From positions 108,502,001 to 108,566,000 of the forward strand of contig CM052817.1 of the NCBI GenBank assembly GCA_028534125.1: 64,000 bases of DNA. Direction: 5' to 3'. Origin of the DNA: Lama glama (taxonomy: Eukaryota). Positions 24,669 to 37,309 of the stretch are shown here, in pieces (the first letter of the stretch is position 1; each line of letters opens with the position of its first letter). Below the pieces are notes generated by a model that was not told where the DNA came from, did not search any database, and saw only the letters and a list, made by a program, of their open reading frames with translations. A program made the translations under genes and the position numbers.

Positions 24669-25984
24669 ACTACATGTAATTTTATGTAATTGAAGTGAAA
24701 ATCCCTGTTGCCTGATGTCACTGAGCTACAAGTAGACCCCACTGGGCACTGCCCCCACCTGGGGACTCCCTCCAACAATGCCAAGGGATAGCCAGCACCC
24801 AAGTCTGCAGAGAGGAAGTTGCAAGAGCTTGTGAATCGTAAGTCTATTTCCACTTTAATTATTTCCCCCAACCTCAAAGGGAAACCTGTGTCCATGCTCA
24901 GAATTTCTTTAAAGTACTTCATAAATCATTTTTTATAAACTGCCCCCCTAAGCCACCTTCCAAGAATGCTTAATTACAACGCACTAAAGGACCAGAAAGT
25001 CAGCCCCCGTTACGCATCTGCCTGCTCTTAAAATTATGGTTTTACATTCCGCTGTATCCCACGTTTTACAAGTGATTATAAAAAGAGTAAGTCGAAGAGA
25101 GAAAGTGATTATTCCTACAAAAGATGAGACCAGACGACCCCTCACCATGAGCCGCAGACACTCGAGAATTTAAGCAAGGAAACAGAAACTGGATTTCAGG
25201 TACTTTATTTAACAATTGGTACCATTGTAATGGAAAGGAAAAGCAGGAAAAAGCGTGAACTTAACCATTTTCTAAATTTAGGACATTAACAAGTCCAAGT
25301 AGCAGTATTTTTAAGTGATTTGTATCTGTTTAGGTACAGTCAGCCCATGAAATTTTCTATTGTTTGTTTTTAAAATTTCTGACCTTGTAAGTCCAGAAAT
25401 GCCAGCATTTAAAAGTATTTTATGTGTCTGTTACATGTATATATACAAACAGACATTAAATGCATGTGTGTAGATTATAAACATATGTCTCTCGATAGTT
25501 TCACACACACACGCCCCCCTCCACCCCACAATACAAACAGACAAAGGAGGGGGCACCTTTCTCCGAACAATACTGGTTTCGTGTTTTACTTTTGGTCACT
25601 GACACATTTGCATAATGGACTTGTAAGCAGAGCTGATCTGTGTGTTCAAGGCCATTTATCTGCAGTAAATTAAATGTGAGATGCTGTAGGACAATTGTGT
25701 TCTTTTATTCCATTTGAGAGAGAGAATGCCTGCTTTGGGTGCCCCTTGGGTAATACAGAAAGGCTTTACTAATGTAATTAAAATAAAGCTGAGCTCCTTA
25801 AACTCTAAAGAGATTCACTTTGGTATCTGGGCAAATAGTATTTCTTTGGGAATGAATCAGAGATTGGATGCAGATCCTTCTAAACAGTTGACGGAAAGGC
25901 GAGAAGCTGATACATGTTTTCCACTCCAAGGTGTGAACCACTTGATAATTTAGAAGATCTGTTTGACAGCAATTTGGAGCGGAC

Positions 25985-26320
25985 GTGCAGTATTTTAGAC
26001 AGAATAAGAAGCTTTGAAATCTTAGGCAGGAGTATGAATCCTGGTTCTGGTACCGAAGTCTCTATGTCATTTGGGTGAATTTTATTAATACCTTTGAGCC
26101 ACAGTTGAGTTCACACATCTGCATGATGCGGGAAACTCTCATTATCTTTGGGAAACAATATCAACACATGTGATTTTGTGAAATACCTTCCAAGGTGTCT
26201 GAGGAGTCAGAATTCAAGAGTAGAGCCAAAGCCATACAGGGCTTTAGTGGTGATTAGGTGAAATCGTACGTGTGAGATGTCTACAGCTGCGTCCAGCACG
26301 TGGTGGGCACTCAGGTGGGG
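25985..26320 (+). mobile_element. MIR fragments
   Basis: TGAATCCTGGTTCTG...CTTTGAGCCACAGTT...CATCTGCATGATG, then GTGATTAGGTGAAAT...CCAGCACGTGGTGGGCACTCAG. Confidence 0.5.
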
Positions 26321-26467
26321 TCCTCCTTGCTCAGCGGTGCTCTCAGATTGCTGTGCTCGTGTTCTCCACAATTAGGGTTAATTCCTTCGGTGAAGCTTGA
26401 AGGTTGTGTGTGAAATCTGTGTTTATTTCTAGCTGGAAGCCTACTCTTAGGCCTAACAACTCCATCC

Positions 26468-27012
26468 TTTTGTTTGTGTTTTTAATTTAAAATTTTTTTT
26501 ATTGAACTCTAGTCTGTTTACAAAGTTGTGTTAATTTCTAGTGTGCAGCATAGTGATTCGTTTATACATCTATATGTTCATTTTCATATTCCTTTTCATT
26601 ATAGGTTATTACAAGATACTGAATCTAGTTCCCTGTGCTGAACATTACGACTTTGCTGTGTATCTATCCTGTACATAGTAGTTTGTGCTAAACCCAAACT
26701 CCTAATTTATCCCTCCCTCCCCCCCTTCCCCCCTGGTGAGCATAAGGCTTAAGTTTGTTTTTTATGTCTGTGAGTCTGTTTCTGTTTTGTAAATAGGTTC
26801 ATCTGTCCTTTTTTTTTAGATTCTACATATAAGTGAGATCTTACGGTATTTTTCATTCTGTCTGACGTACTTCACTTAGCATAGCACCATCCAAGTCCAT
26901 CCGTGTTGCTGCAAATGGTAGTATTTCATTCTCTTTATGGCTGAGTAGTATTCCATTGTATAAATATACCACAGCTTCTTTATCCAGCCATCTGTCAAGG
27001 GGCGTTGAGCGT
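26468..27012 (-). mobile_element. 5'-truncated LINE-1 with probable TSD
   Basis: T-rich tail, reverse 3'UTR and ORF2 end; CTCCATCC at 26460-26467 and 27013-27020. Confidence 0.92.
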
Positions 27013-27179
27013 CTCCATCCCTTCATATTTCACATCTGGGTAAAGGAAGCCCAAACCCGGTCTGCTGGCCCTGCAGTGCCCAGGTGCTCCTGCTGCTACG
27101 ACACATGAATTTAGGCCAGGATGCTGTTCCTTTTCTGATGTTTGATTTGCTCAGATGGTAATTTTCCTTTTAACTTACA

Positions 27180-27440
27180 CTTTTATTCAGCAAATACTTA
27201 CTGGGCACCGATTATGCAGTGAAAAATACAGATAAAGTCTCTCCGTTCTCAATGAGTTTTCGTCCCTGTGAGGGTGGACAGCCGGTAAACCTGTAAGTGT
27301 GGATGTGCTGGGTGGTGAGGAGTGCTAAGAGGGAAGTAAAGCAGGAGTGACAGATGTGCAGGTTGGCAGGTGCTGTTTCAGTAGTGAGGGAAGGCTTCAC
27401 AGAGGAGGCACTTTTGAGCTTTGGGGTAAAGTTGATGGTT
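27180..27440 (-). mobile_element. L2 3' fragment
   Basis: TTATTCAGCAAATACTTACTGGGCACC...GGAAGGCTTCACAGAGGAGG. Confidence 0.7.
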
Positions 27441-27754
27441 GGAATGATTGTAAAACACATGCACACGTGAGTGAAATTTATTTAAAGCTTGTTTATAGCT
27501 CCTAAAGTTTATGTCACACAAACATCTTAAGAGAAAATTGATTCCTATTTGTATCTTATAAGTGATGGAACCCTCCTGCCATCATTAACTGAGGCTAGGC
27601 CCCCAGTCCCTCTGTCCTCCCCTGCTGCAGTGTCCTTACCTTGCTGATGGCACTCTTGGACTCCCTCTGCGTGTAAATCCTTTGCAGACTTTCTAGAGAG
27701 ACCTACTAAGAGCAGCGTCCTTGCTGAGGACCCTCCCGAGACTCCCCACTCTCT

Positions 27755-27945
27755 CTAAGGGCATTTTTTATAATGCATGGATGTCCCAGCATCAAGCCAC
27801 CTGTGGTCCTTGTCAAAAACGCAAGTTCCCTGGTATAGACACTGATCTAATGAATCAGAGCCTCTAGAGGTGGGACCCCCATGAATATTTATAAGAAACA
27901 GCCCAGATGACTTACATGCTTGATACGATCTGAGCATCATCAATG
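27755..27945. mobile_element. MER5-like hAT-Charlie MITE
   Basis: CAGCATCAAGCCACCTGTGGTCCTTGTCAAAAACGCAAGTTCCC...TGAATCAGAGCCTCTAGAGGTGGGACCC. Confidence 0.6.
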
Positions 27946-28394
27946 TATTAGATAAAATACCAGCTCTGGAACGGGGTGTGCAAAGCTCATTCTTTACTCT
28001 TCATGTCACCTGTTTCATCTCTGCCTCCTGCACCCAGTCCCCTGGCCTCTCCTGCTCATCCTTTAAGACCAGAGACAGCAGCATCTCACCCCGGGGTCTC
28101 ATCTGTTCTCCCCCCGCCCAACTGCACATGCTTCTCTCTGTCAGTCTTCTCATCCCGTTCTCAGCCCCTCCCTCCCTTTAGATGATGACGATCCTGAGGC
28201 TGGAGAGTCTTGTTTACACAACACATAGCAAGGTATCTGGTATAAGGTACACCTTTAAAAAAATCTTTCAAAAAATAATTTTAGATGGATGAATAAATGG
28301 CACCACCTTCTAGTGGACAGGGAGTCCACTATGGAAGTTGAGCCTGCGTTTTAGGTAGGTCACACAAGAGATAGACAAGAAAGAGAAGGTCAGA

Positions 28395-29330
28395 ACTGGA
28401 CATGTTGAATTCTAGTAAGAATTTCTAAAATTGGATGTTTAGGAGCTCACGACTGGAGATTCGCCTTAGATCTAGGAAGAGATGATTGGCACCGTGGGGC
28501 CACAGCCAGGTGGATGCAGAGGCTTTATGTTTTACACATATTTGGTACAACTTGCTGTTTATTTATTTAACAAAGATGATCAGGGTATTTATTTAGAGAC
28601 ACACAGTCATGATCTAAAGTCTAGAAATGAACTGTCTGGAAGATACCAGCCAAGCTGGGGTCATTGAAGTAATGTGATTAGATGATCTAGAGGAAGGAAC
28701 GGACAGCTTAGGATGTAGATGATAGAGAAGACCTGTATTTCAAGAGAAACTGAGAATGAGGGCTTCAGAGGAGAAAGCAGAGAGGGACTGGCAGCCGAGG
28801 GGAGGTTTTATGGAGATGGGGAGTGGTCGGCTGTGACAAATGCTGCAGAAAGATCCAGTGAATTGAGGGTTGAAAGCTGTCTTTTGGACTTTGCATTTAG
28901 GAGTCAGCAGGGACATTAAGACAACCAGTTTTCATGGGGCGACGGGGGTGGGAGCCCTTGGGGTGGCCAGTGAAGGTACTGCCATTGAGAATCACCTCCG
29001 TGCTCAGGAAGCTTTAGACCGAGGGCAGCAGGACGGCGAGGAGGCGTGCCCTTCCCTGGGTTGGTTTAGTTTGGTTTTCCTTGTGGTCCCTGTAACTTGA
29101 GCATGTGTAATTGCCCAAGAGTTAGAAATCCTAGGAAAAGGAAAGTTCCTTAGGAACCAGGAAGGATTGGACGCTACTGACATGGAGAGGAATGGAGGCT
29201 GCGTCCCTGAGCGTAAGTGGAGGAACGAGGGACGTTAGCTTGAGAAGGCGACACGTGCCTCTTCCTCCGGAGTGAACAGGGAAGAGGGGACACAGGCCCC
29301 CGTCGGGAGACATGCGTGTGGAGAAGTGAG
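28395..29330 (-). mobile_element. L2 body fragments
   Basis: TGGACATGTTGAATT and GGAGTGGTCGGCTGTGACAAATGCTGCAGAAAGATCCAGTGAATTGAGG, typical of reverse L2. Confidence 0.65.
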
Positions 29331-30807
29331 AGAGAGACCTGGAAGGTCGGTCCACTCCAGGCTCCTTTATCTGATCCTCCGTGGTGGGTGCTGATCACTT
29401 TCAATAGTGCAAATAGCCTGTTTGCTGAGATACCACAGAGCTTCACCTCATCCATCGCACCCAGAGTCACAGCTGTGTGGTGGGAAGCTGATCAGTCTGA
29501 TCCTAAAGCCAACAGTTAGGACTCGAAGTCTCAGTCACTGATGAAGGGTTAAGGCAAATCTCTTCGCAGTGCGGGTTTCATGTGTCTTACTGTCGCTTGT
29601 GTTTGGTGATTGGGTTTGCTCATTCAGATCTCTAAAAACGGAAATAACTTCACTTGCAAGTAACATATACCTTCCAAAATGCTGTGCTCACGAATGTGAA
29701 TATTGATGGTGCCTTTCTGGAAATCTGTCTAGCCCTTCAGCTGTCTCAGCTTTCCCCCCTATTTTCAACTCACATTTAATGTAGAACAAGGAACGGTTTT
29801 GCGCCCTGGCGGGGCTCTTTTCTGATAGGTCGGGTAGAACACATTCATTCAGTTTCATATGGACAAAGTCATGTGATTTGGGGCCAGAAAATGTGTGTAT
29901 GTGCAGGGAGCAGAGAAGGCAGACTGAAAAGTCAAAAAAGAAGGCTGACCTAAAGCATGTTGAGTTTGAAAGAATGATTTTGGCTATCATGTTGTTAATT
30001 TGAGCAGTTTCCTTTGTTGAATTATCAAAGGAGATGCAGCTTTCCAATAACTCAAAAAAGTGAGACCACATCTCTGTTTTTGAGTCAAGATGATTTTCTG
30101 TATACCTCAGTAAAACCTAAAAAATTAATCTCACTGCCTTTCCCTCCCCAAATCAGCTTCTGTCCTCTGTCCTGTTATGCGTGGAAACCTGAGCATCTGT
30201 AGATTTCTGCATTCCTGCAGCAGGGCATTGACGCGCCTTCTTCACCGTAGGTATTAAATTATGCTCCTCGTGAAGTGAGTAAGATCATTTCTGCCAAAAA
30301 GGGATGCCTTCATTTTAGCAGGTGATCCAGAGACGTATGTTGTTGGTCTTTTTCTGGCTCCATTTCAAACCTTCATTAGAATCTACTCTTCTTAAAAAAC
30401 AAAACAAAACAAAAAAAAAACCCCAAAACTTCACTTCCAGATATGTCACCCAATGGTGCTGAAAACTTGCTCGGTTTTCTCATAAAGCATCTTTCAGTAG
30501 ATGCCATGTTTCTGGGCTTCACTGGATGCTTGAGTAGCTTCCTGTCTTCTGACTCCTTGGGTTGCCATAGTAACTGACGTCCAGTAAGCACAGCAAGATC
30601 TGCATAGTTTTCTGTTTCCACCTCTTAATGCACATGTAACTTGTTAGATGTATGACTTTTTCAAAGGTAGAACTGAAATTCTGATTTGTTGATATTGTGT
30701 TGTATCCATCTATTAGTTAAAATGTGTCAGTTTAAAATTGTGATAAAGCTTTGAATAAGTAGGAGCTGTGATGTGGGCTGGAGGAATCCACATCAGGTGG
30801 CATTTCT

Positions 30808-31452
30808 TTTTTTTTTTAATTGAAGTGTTGTCAGTTTACAATGTGGTGTCAATTTCTGGTGTACAGCATTATGTTTTAGTCATATATATGCATACATATA
30901 TTCGTTTTCATATTCTTTTTCATCATAGCTTACTGCAAGATGTTGAATATAGTTCCCTCTGCTATACAGAATAATTTTTTGAAATCTATCTTATATACAT
31001 TAGTTTGTATCTGCAGATCTTGAACTCTCAATTTATCCCCTCTTATCCACTTTCCCCCAGTGGTAACCATAACTTTGTTTTCTATGTCTGTGAATCTGGT
31101 TTTGTTTTGTAAGTAAGTTCATTTGTGTCTTTCTTTTTTTAAATTCCACATATGAGATATCATAGGGTATTTGTCTTTCTCTGTGTGACTTCCTTCACTT
31201 AGAATGATGATCTCTAGGTCCGTCCATGTTGCCACAAATGGTATTATTTCATTCTTTTTTATGGCTGAGTAGTATTCCATTGTATAAATATACCACAGCT
31301 TCTTTCTCCAGTCATCTGTTGATTGGACTTTTAAGTTGCTTCCATGTCCTATATATATTGTAAATAGTGCTGGTGTGAGCATTGGTGTGCATGTGTCTTT
31401 CTGAGTTAGAGTTCCCTCTGGGTACATGCCCAGGAGTGAGATTGCTGGATCA
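30808..31452 (-). mobile_element. 5'-truncated LINE-1 with degenerate TSD
   Basis: Poly-T tail and reverse 3'UTR; ORF 31119-31553 includes DPAISLLGMYP...[17 protein letters not shown]; flanks AGGTGGCATTTCT and AGGGGGCCTTTCT. Confidence 0.95.
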
Positions 31453-32699
31453 AGGGGGCCTTTCTCTTGACAGCAGACCTGTAGACCTCTGTGACCAGGA
31501 GCATGTGAACGACTTGATCTTGAGGTGTCTAAACTGTAGAATGAAGCTGTCATTTCTTCTCAGGGTCATTTGGGGAGAGAGTGGGGATGTATGAAAGCAT
31601 TCAGCACTTTGCCAGTCATGGGTCAGACCCTCATAGACATTGCTGGAGAGTGGTGGCGCTCAGAAGCATCTTCAAGACAACAATGATGTTTATGTCTAAT
31701 CTTTAGACAGTAGAGGGTTGTGATATATTTTTGAATTATGCTAAGAAAGATTCAATTATGCCCTGTATATTTCTGTGTTGTGTGTTTGGTAAAAAGGTAC
31801 TTCATGTTTGATACATGAATTGCTTTACTGTTTAACCAGTCAGAATTCCTTCATCCTGATATCAGGTTTCCATTATCATTCGTTTTCTTCGTAATCTGTA
31901 GTTGAAATGCTATAATCTTTTCTAATCTTACTTAAGTTTTGTGGAGTTTTGACTAAGTTACCTTCTTTGGATTCACTCGGTGAAAGAGGATTACTTATTA
32001 TTGTGGCTGCGTTAATGTTTAATATATTAGTCATGTTTGTTTTCCTGGTGAAGCAACATTTTCAGCTCGTGTTACTTCCCTGACTTTTCTGCTTCAAGTT
32101 CGTTCTTCCCTGTTCCCTCACTTTCTTTTGCCTTTCTGTGCGACTTACTTTAGTCTTGTGGTTTGGTTTAAAACCACTGAAGTGTTGTGCATGTATACTG
32201 TACTATATATACACAGATATGTGCACTTATACGTAGATTTTATGTCTTTATGAGGAATTCAGGTAGAATTTATCACTTTTATGAATCCGTGTTTTTTTCT
32301 ATTGTTTTGTTATCCCAAATTCAATATAAAAGCATTTAGATTTTTGTATACTTTAGAGTACTTTTGTGTTGACATCACTTTTTCCCATTCGTGAGTAGGT
32401 CTAGTAGACCTCTTTTTATCCGTTCTGACCACGCGTACCTTCTCGCCATCAACGCCAGGACTGAAGTTTAAAACAGGCATTGCTGCTGGTGTATGTAATG
32501 AACAGGAGAGTGTGTCTCACATTCAGAAAACCAGACACTCTTCTTACCTTATCCTTTGTTTTTCCACTAAAATTCTGTCATTGACTCACAGTGTTTTAAA
32601 AGAATTGTGGCAAATGCTGTTAGACTGTTATTAAATGAACAGTATTGCAATACAAAATATTGAGGAAGGATGTTATGAAGTGCTTTTAAAACTCATCTG

Positions 32700-33115
32700 A
32701 TTGACCAGTAGACACATAAAAAGATGCTCAGTATTACTAATCATGAGAGAAATGCAAATCAAAACTACAATGAGGTATCACCTCACAGCAGTCAGAATGG
32801 CCATCATTCAAAAGTCCACAAAAGACAAATGCTGGAGAGGCTGTGGAGAAAGGGGAACCCTCCTACACTGCTGGTGGGAATGCAGTTTGGTGCAGCCACT
32901 TTGGAAAATAGTATGGAGATTCCTTAAAAAAATTAAGCATAGACTTACCCTATGATCTAGCAATCCCCATCCTGGGCATATATTCGGAGGAAACTAATTC
33001 AAAATGACACCTGCACCCCATTGTTCACAGCAGCACTATTTACAATAGTCAAGGCATGGAAACAACCTAAATGTCCATCAACAGGTGACTGGATAAAGAA
33101 GCTGTGGTATATTGA

Positions 33116-33116
<1 letters not shown>
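32700..33116 (+). mobile_element. LINE-1 ORF2 C-terminal fragment lacking its 3'UTR
   Basis: ORF 32701-32955 reads HIKRCS...REMQIKTTMRYHLT...[22 protein letters not shown] 33021 reads KAWKQPKCP. Confidence 0.95.

Positions 33117-33118
<2 letters not shown>

Positions 33119-33164
<46 letters not shown>
33119..33164. repeat. (TA)23 microsatellite
   Basis: Perfect TA run of 46 nt. Confidence 0.97.
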
Positions 33165-33167
<3 letters not shown>

Positions 33168-33311
33168 CTTTTCAGATCCTTTTCCATTGTAGGCCATTAC
33201 AAGGTGTTGAATATAGTTCCCTGTGCTCTACTGTAGGACCTTGTTGTTTATCTGTTCTGTATATAATAATTTGTATCTGCCAACCCCAAGCCCCCAATTA
33301 TTCCCTCCCCC
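33165..33311 (-). mobile_element. LINE-1 3'UTR fragment
   Basis: TTACAAGGTGTTGAATATAGTTCCCTGTGCT...GGACCTTGTTGTTTATCT. Confidence 0.88.
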
Positions 33312-33780
33312 ATATTTTAATTCATTGCATTTTTATAGTTTTCTCCCACTTCCCTCATAATAATCTCTCAGGATCTTCATCTCCTGCTTTGGACTCCCAG
33401 TCTACCAGGTATCCACTGCCAGGACGGTATTCTGTGAGGATTACCTTTCATTTTTGCTTGAGAGTCATGGTAGGAAAAATGTTGGTGTCCTCAGAGATAA
33501 TTAAAAAGGAATTAAAAAGTCACAACAACAAAATAAAAAAAATAGGCCCTGTCTGAGAACTGTTCTGGGGAGGAGACCGTTAATTCTGCTTTTCGTGGGG
33601 TGCATTTTAGTCGCTAGCAGGGCCTCAAAGCTGAGTGGAGGAGCACAGGTCACCTTTGTTGATGACGCCTCAGCTGGAGTGTAATCTACCTGAAGACACT
33701 GACCATCATCGTTGGACAGCGTCTGCCGCTGTTGGTGTCTCTGTGGTCCTGGCATTTACTGGTGCTTTCCATCTGTTTCG

Positions 33781-33908
33781 GGGGGAGTGGAGGGCGGGAG
33801 GGAAGTGCATTTACTTATTTACTTCTCTAACGGCAGGACTAGGGACTGAACCCAGGACCTCATGCCTGCTGAGCAAGGGCTTCTCCACTGAGCTTCACCC
33901 TCCCCCCT
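33781..33908 (-). mobile_element. tRNA-Ala-derived SINE (Vic-1-like), diverged
   Basis: GGGACTGAACCCAGGACCTCATGCCTGCTGAGCAAG...CCACTGAGCTTCACCCTCCCC is the reverse of the SINE head with A/B boxes. Confidence 0.8.
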
Positions 33909-34962
33909 CATGTCTTTTTTCATTTGTCTTATGAGGTAGATATTATTTAATAGTAATAAAATGTATTATTTTATACACAAGGAGCTCCAAGGTCAGGATT
34001 TGAATGGTTCCAGATTATATAGCTGGTCGAGCTAGCCCCGAGCCTGGCTTTGGCTGTGTTCAGAGCTTCTGCAAGACTTCTGAATCCACACAGCAGGGCT
34101 CGGTACATGCCGGTTGGCAGACATCCATCTTGTCTGGGTGAAACAGAACTCTGTTCATCTCGGTGATGGCCTTTAGAACAAAAGCGCTGTCTGTGTTTGT
34201 GTTCAGGCTTTTCAGTTATGAAAGGCTTTTCCCATATTGATGCTGATAGAAAATTCACTTTTAGTGGGAAATGATCAGACTTTTCATGAAAGCGCTCCCT
34301 TTTGGTATAAATGATTGCTGACTTATTCAGCCGGAAAACCTGCTACCTTCAGTCACCACTACATCTTAGCACGCATGCTAAGAAAGGGGGAAAGGTTTAT
34401 ATTGTTTGCCTGAGTCTGTGATTAACTTAGTTAACTCAACACTATAAAAGTTTGCGGCAAGGTTAATCTGAGGTCATTTCAGTTTGTCTTTGGCGGCCGG
34501 CCGGGTGGAAGTCACTATTCCTGTCTGAGGGTGGATGTCATCAGACTGTGAGGTTAATGTCCACAGCCTCGCCGTCCTCAGTGAAAATGCAATATGTGTG
34601 TGTCTGTGTTACCAAGTGACGTGTGTGATGGGCAGCAGAAAAATGTAAATGTTGAAATGACACATTTAGGGAGAATTATGTTTGTACAAGTTATTCTTTA
34701 AATTCGTGTTTGCTACTGTGTGGCCATAGCAATATTTACATGAAACATTGTACAGCTTACTAGGTTTTTTTTTAAACATTAGCTTCTTATTCAACACATT
34801 TATTGAGCATCAGTTTACTCTGTTATAAACTGAGTAAAGAGAGCCCAGAGATCTTGCAGGAGCAAGACCTCAGGTTAGTGACAAACACAAGTAAACCAGA
34901 AAAAGGGGTCCATGTGGGAGCAGCGGGAGGAGAAGGTCTTAACTCTGAACATGTTAAGGATA

Positions 34963-35483
34963 CGTGCAAAGCAAAAGCACAGTGAAGACTAACCTCACAC
35001 CTGTCAGAATGGTGATCATCAAAAAGCCTACATGTAACAAGGGTTTGTGAGGATGTGGGGGGAAGGGAACCCCCCCTACACCGTTAGTGGGAATGGAATT
35101 TGGTGCAGCCACTATGGACAACAGTATGGAGATTCCTCAAACACTAAAATTAGAACGACCATGTGATCCAGCAATCCCACTCCTGGGTGTATATCTGGGA
35201 AAAGTGAGAACACCAATTCATAAAGACACCTGCACCCCAATGTTCACAGCAGCACTATATACAATAGCCAAGACATGGAAGCAACCTAAATGTCCATTGA
35301 CAGATGACTGGATAGAGCAAATGTGGTGTATTTATACAATGGAATACTACTCAGCCATAACAAAGAATGAAATCCTGCCATTTGCAGTAATGTGGATGGA
35401 CTTAGAGAATCTTATGTTAGTGAAATAAGTCAGATAGAGAAAGACAAAATCTATATGATATCACTTATATGTGAAATCTAAAA
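34963..35483 (+). mobile_element. LINE-1 ORF2 C-terminal fragment ending at the ORF2 stop
   Basis: ORF 35087-35428 includes [12 protein letters not shown]...[25 protein letters not shown]...YTMEYYSAI; ends GTGAAATCTAAAA; lies between L2-like minus fragments. Confidence 0.93.
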
Positions 35484-36700
35484 CATCTTTTTCCAAACTA
35501 CTGTGAATACTGAGTGCAGGGAGCTGCTGGAGCCTCAGCCACCAGTTGGTAAAGGATGCAAAATTGGCAGACAGTAAATATATGCTGTTGTGGGGGGTAC
35601 CCTGGAGGGAAGATGGATTAAACAGTAAGCTAGGATGATGTGAATTGCAGATAAACAAAAGATGGAGCAAGGCCGAGTGTTTTGAGAAGAAATCAAAGCA
35701 ACGGGTGAAATAAGTCGATAAAAACATTAGGCAGAATGTGCAAGAAGGGACGTCTGAGGACAGACTCTGGGTGACGGCCTGAGAAGGAGGAGCAGTGTCA
35801 CGTGATGGGGGTGGGTGCTTTTTAGGGAATCTTTTGATCTCAAACCGAGTTTTGCATCTGAGTTTATGATCCGTAAAGACCTGGTTTCTTTACGGGCTCC
35901 CTTGAACTGATTATGTTATAACTCTGGAAATGGTATAAACACCTGCACAAAGTTGAGTTCTAAGTCGCTGTTGGTGGCCTGATAATTACAGCCTTAAATG
36001 ACGTGTCACAGTGGTGAGGGTTTTTTTTTTTCTTCATGTTATTTAAATACCAGGATGAGTATGATGGTTGTGAGAAATCCAAGCAAAGGGGACAGTCTAC
36101 ACCTGGGGCTCCGAGCAGGGGGTTGCTTTCCATCACCTGACCCTTCCCCATTCATGGTCCCTCCCGGGTTGGACATTGTGATGACCTGTGGGACACACAC
36201 ACGTGATAACCAGGCTTTAATTCCCTGTGGATATTTATCAAGAAGAGATGAAGCCGAGTGCTCCGTTTTCAGGGAGGTTCCTGAGAGAACGCTCTTGGAA
36301 CTGTGTGTGCCAGCTTCTGCCTCTGCTCCGCGGCAGGGAGTCATCTCCAGCTTGACCTCGCCTCTCCCCCGGGTCCGAGACCAACACGGACTCCGAAACT
36401 GTCTTTAAAAATGGATTGATCTCTTTTTTAAAAAGATATTATTACTTCCGTGATGCTGTCAGTTCACTCATGACTCAGGAAGAGTTCGACTAAAATACAT
36501 GACTTGAGGCAGAATATTCATGCTCCTGTTTAAGGATAACTCACACCCTCTGTTCCTGTTCCTGAAAAAGAAGTGAGAATGTCACAAGGCAGAGCAGACA
36601 GCAGCAGGGAGGTGGGCAGCGCAGTGAGTTCCCTGCCTGGCTTGTTACTACGCAGTGGAGCTAGAGGAAGGCTTGCTAACAATTTACCAGTAAGACTTTT

Positions 36701-36850
36701 CTTTTTTAAGTTTTATCTGTTTTTTGTGGGGGGAGGGGCGTAATTAGGTTTTTATTTGCTTATTTCCTTTTTTTTTAATGGAGGTGCTAGGGATGGAACC
36801 AGGACCTCATGCATGCTAGGCATGAGCTCTACCCGCCACCTCCCCCCCCC
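36701..36850 (-). mobile_element. Vic-1-like SINE with 15-bp TSD
   Basis: GGAGGTGCTAGGGATGGAACCAGGACCTCATGCATGCTAGGCA head and TAATTAGG tail; TSD ACCAGTAAGACTTTT (36686-36700) and ACCAGTTAGACTTTT (36851-36865). Confidence 0.9.
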
Positions 36851-37006
36851 ACCAGTTAGACTTTTAAATAAAAACTGGTGTAAATTCATTCCCAAGTCAG
36901 ATTTTCACACCTCCACTAAATTGGGATGCTGTGAAACTTACGATGATCTTCCTCAGATTCTAACGAATGTGACATCTAAAGGGTGTTTGAATGCAAAAAG
37001 ACGTTT

Positions 37007-37222
37007 CTTTTTTTAATTGAAGTATAGTCAGTTACAATGTTGTGTCGGTTTCTGGTGTCCAGCATGGAACAAGCTTGTGGTTACCAGAGGGGGAAGGAGG
37101 TGGGAAGGGATAAATTGAGAGTTCGAGATTGCAGATACTGACCACTATAGATCAAATAAAGAACAGGGTTACACTGTACAGCACAGGGAACTCTATTCAG
37201 TATCTTATAGCAGCCTGTGATG
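37007..37222 (-). mobile_element. Short LINE-1 with 5' inversion
   Basis: Reverse terminus at 37007-37065, then plus-oriented 3'UTR at 37066-37222; TSD AAAGACGTTT / AAAGATGTTT. Confidence 0.88.
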
Positions 37223-37309
37223 AAAGATGTTTTTTAACAGTCGGTCACATGGCTTTGTTTTAGGATGCACATTATGTATCTGTCCGGATGCAATTTCTAA
37301 TACAGTGTC

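Noticed and set aside
28298..28320. CTCF site (reverse CCACTAGAAGGTGG)
   Set aside because: Mismatches at core positions and located among L2 remnants; not supportable without a motif score or ChIP data
32700..33311. Twin-priming inversion
   Set aside because: Arms are convergent, whereas twin priming gives divergent arms with a retained poly-A tail; no shared TSD found
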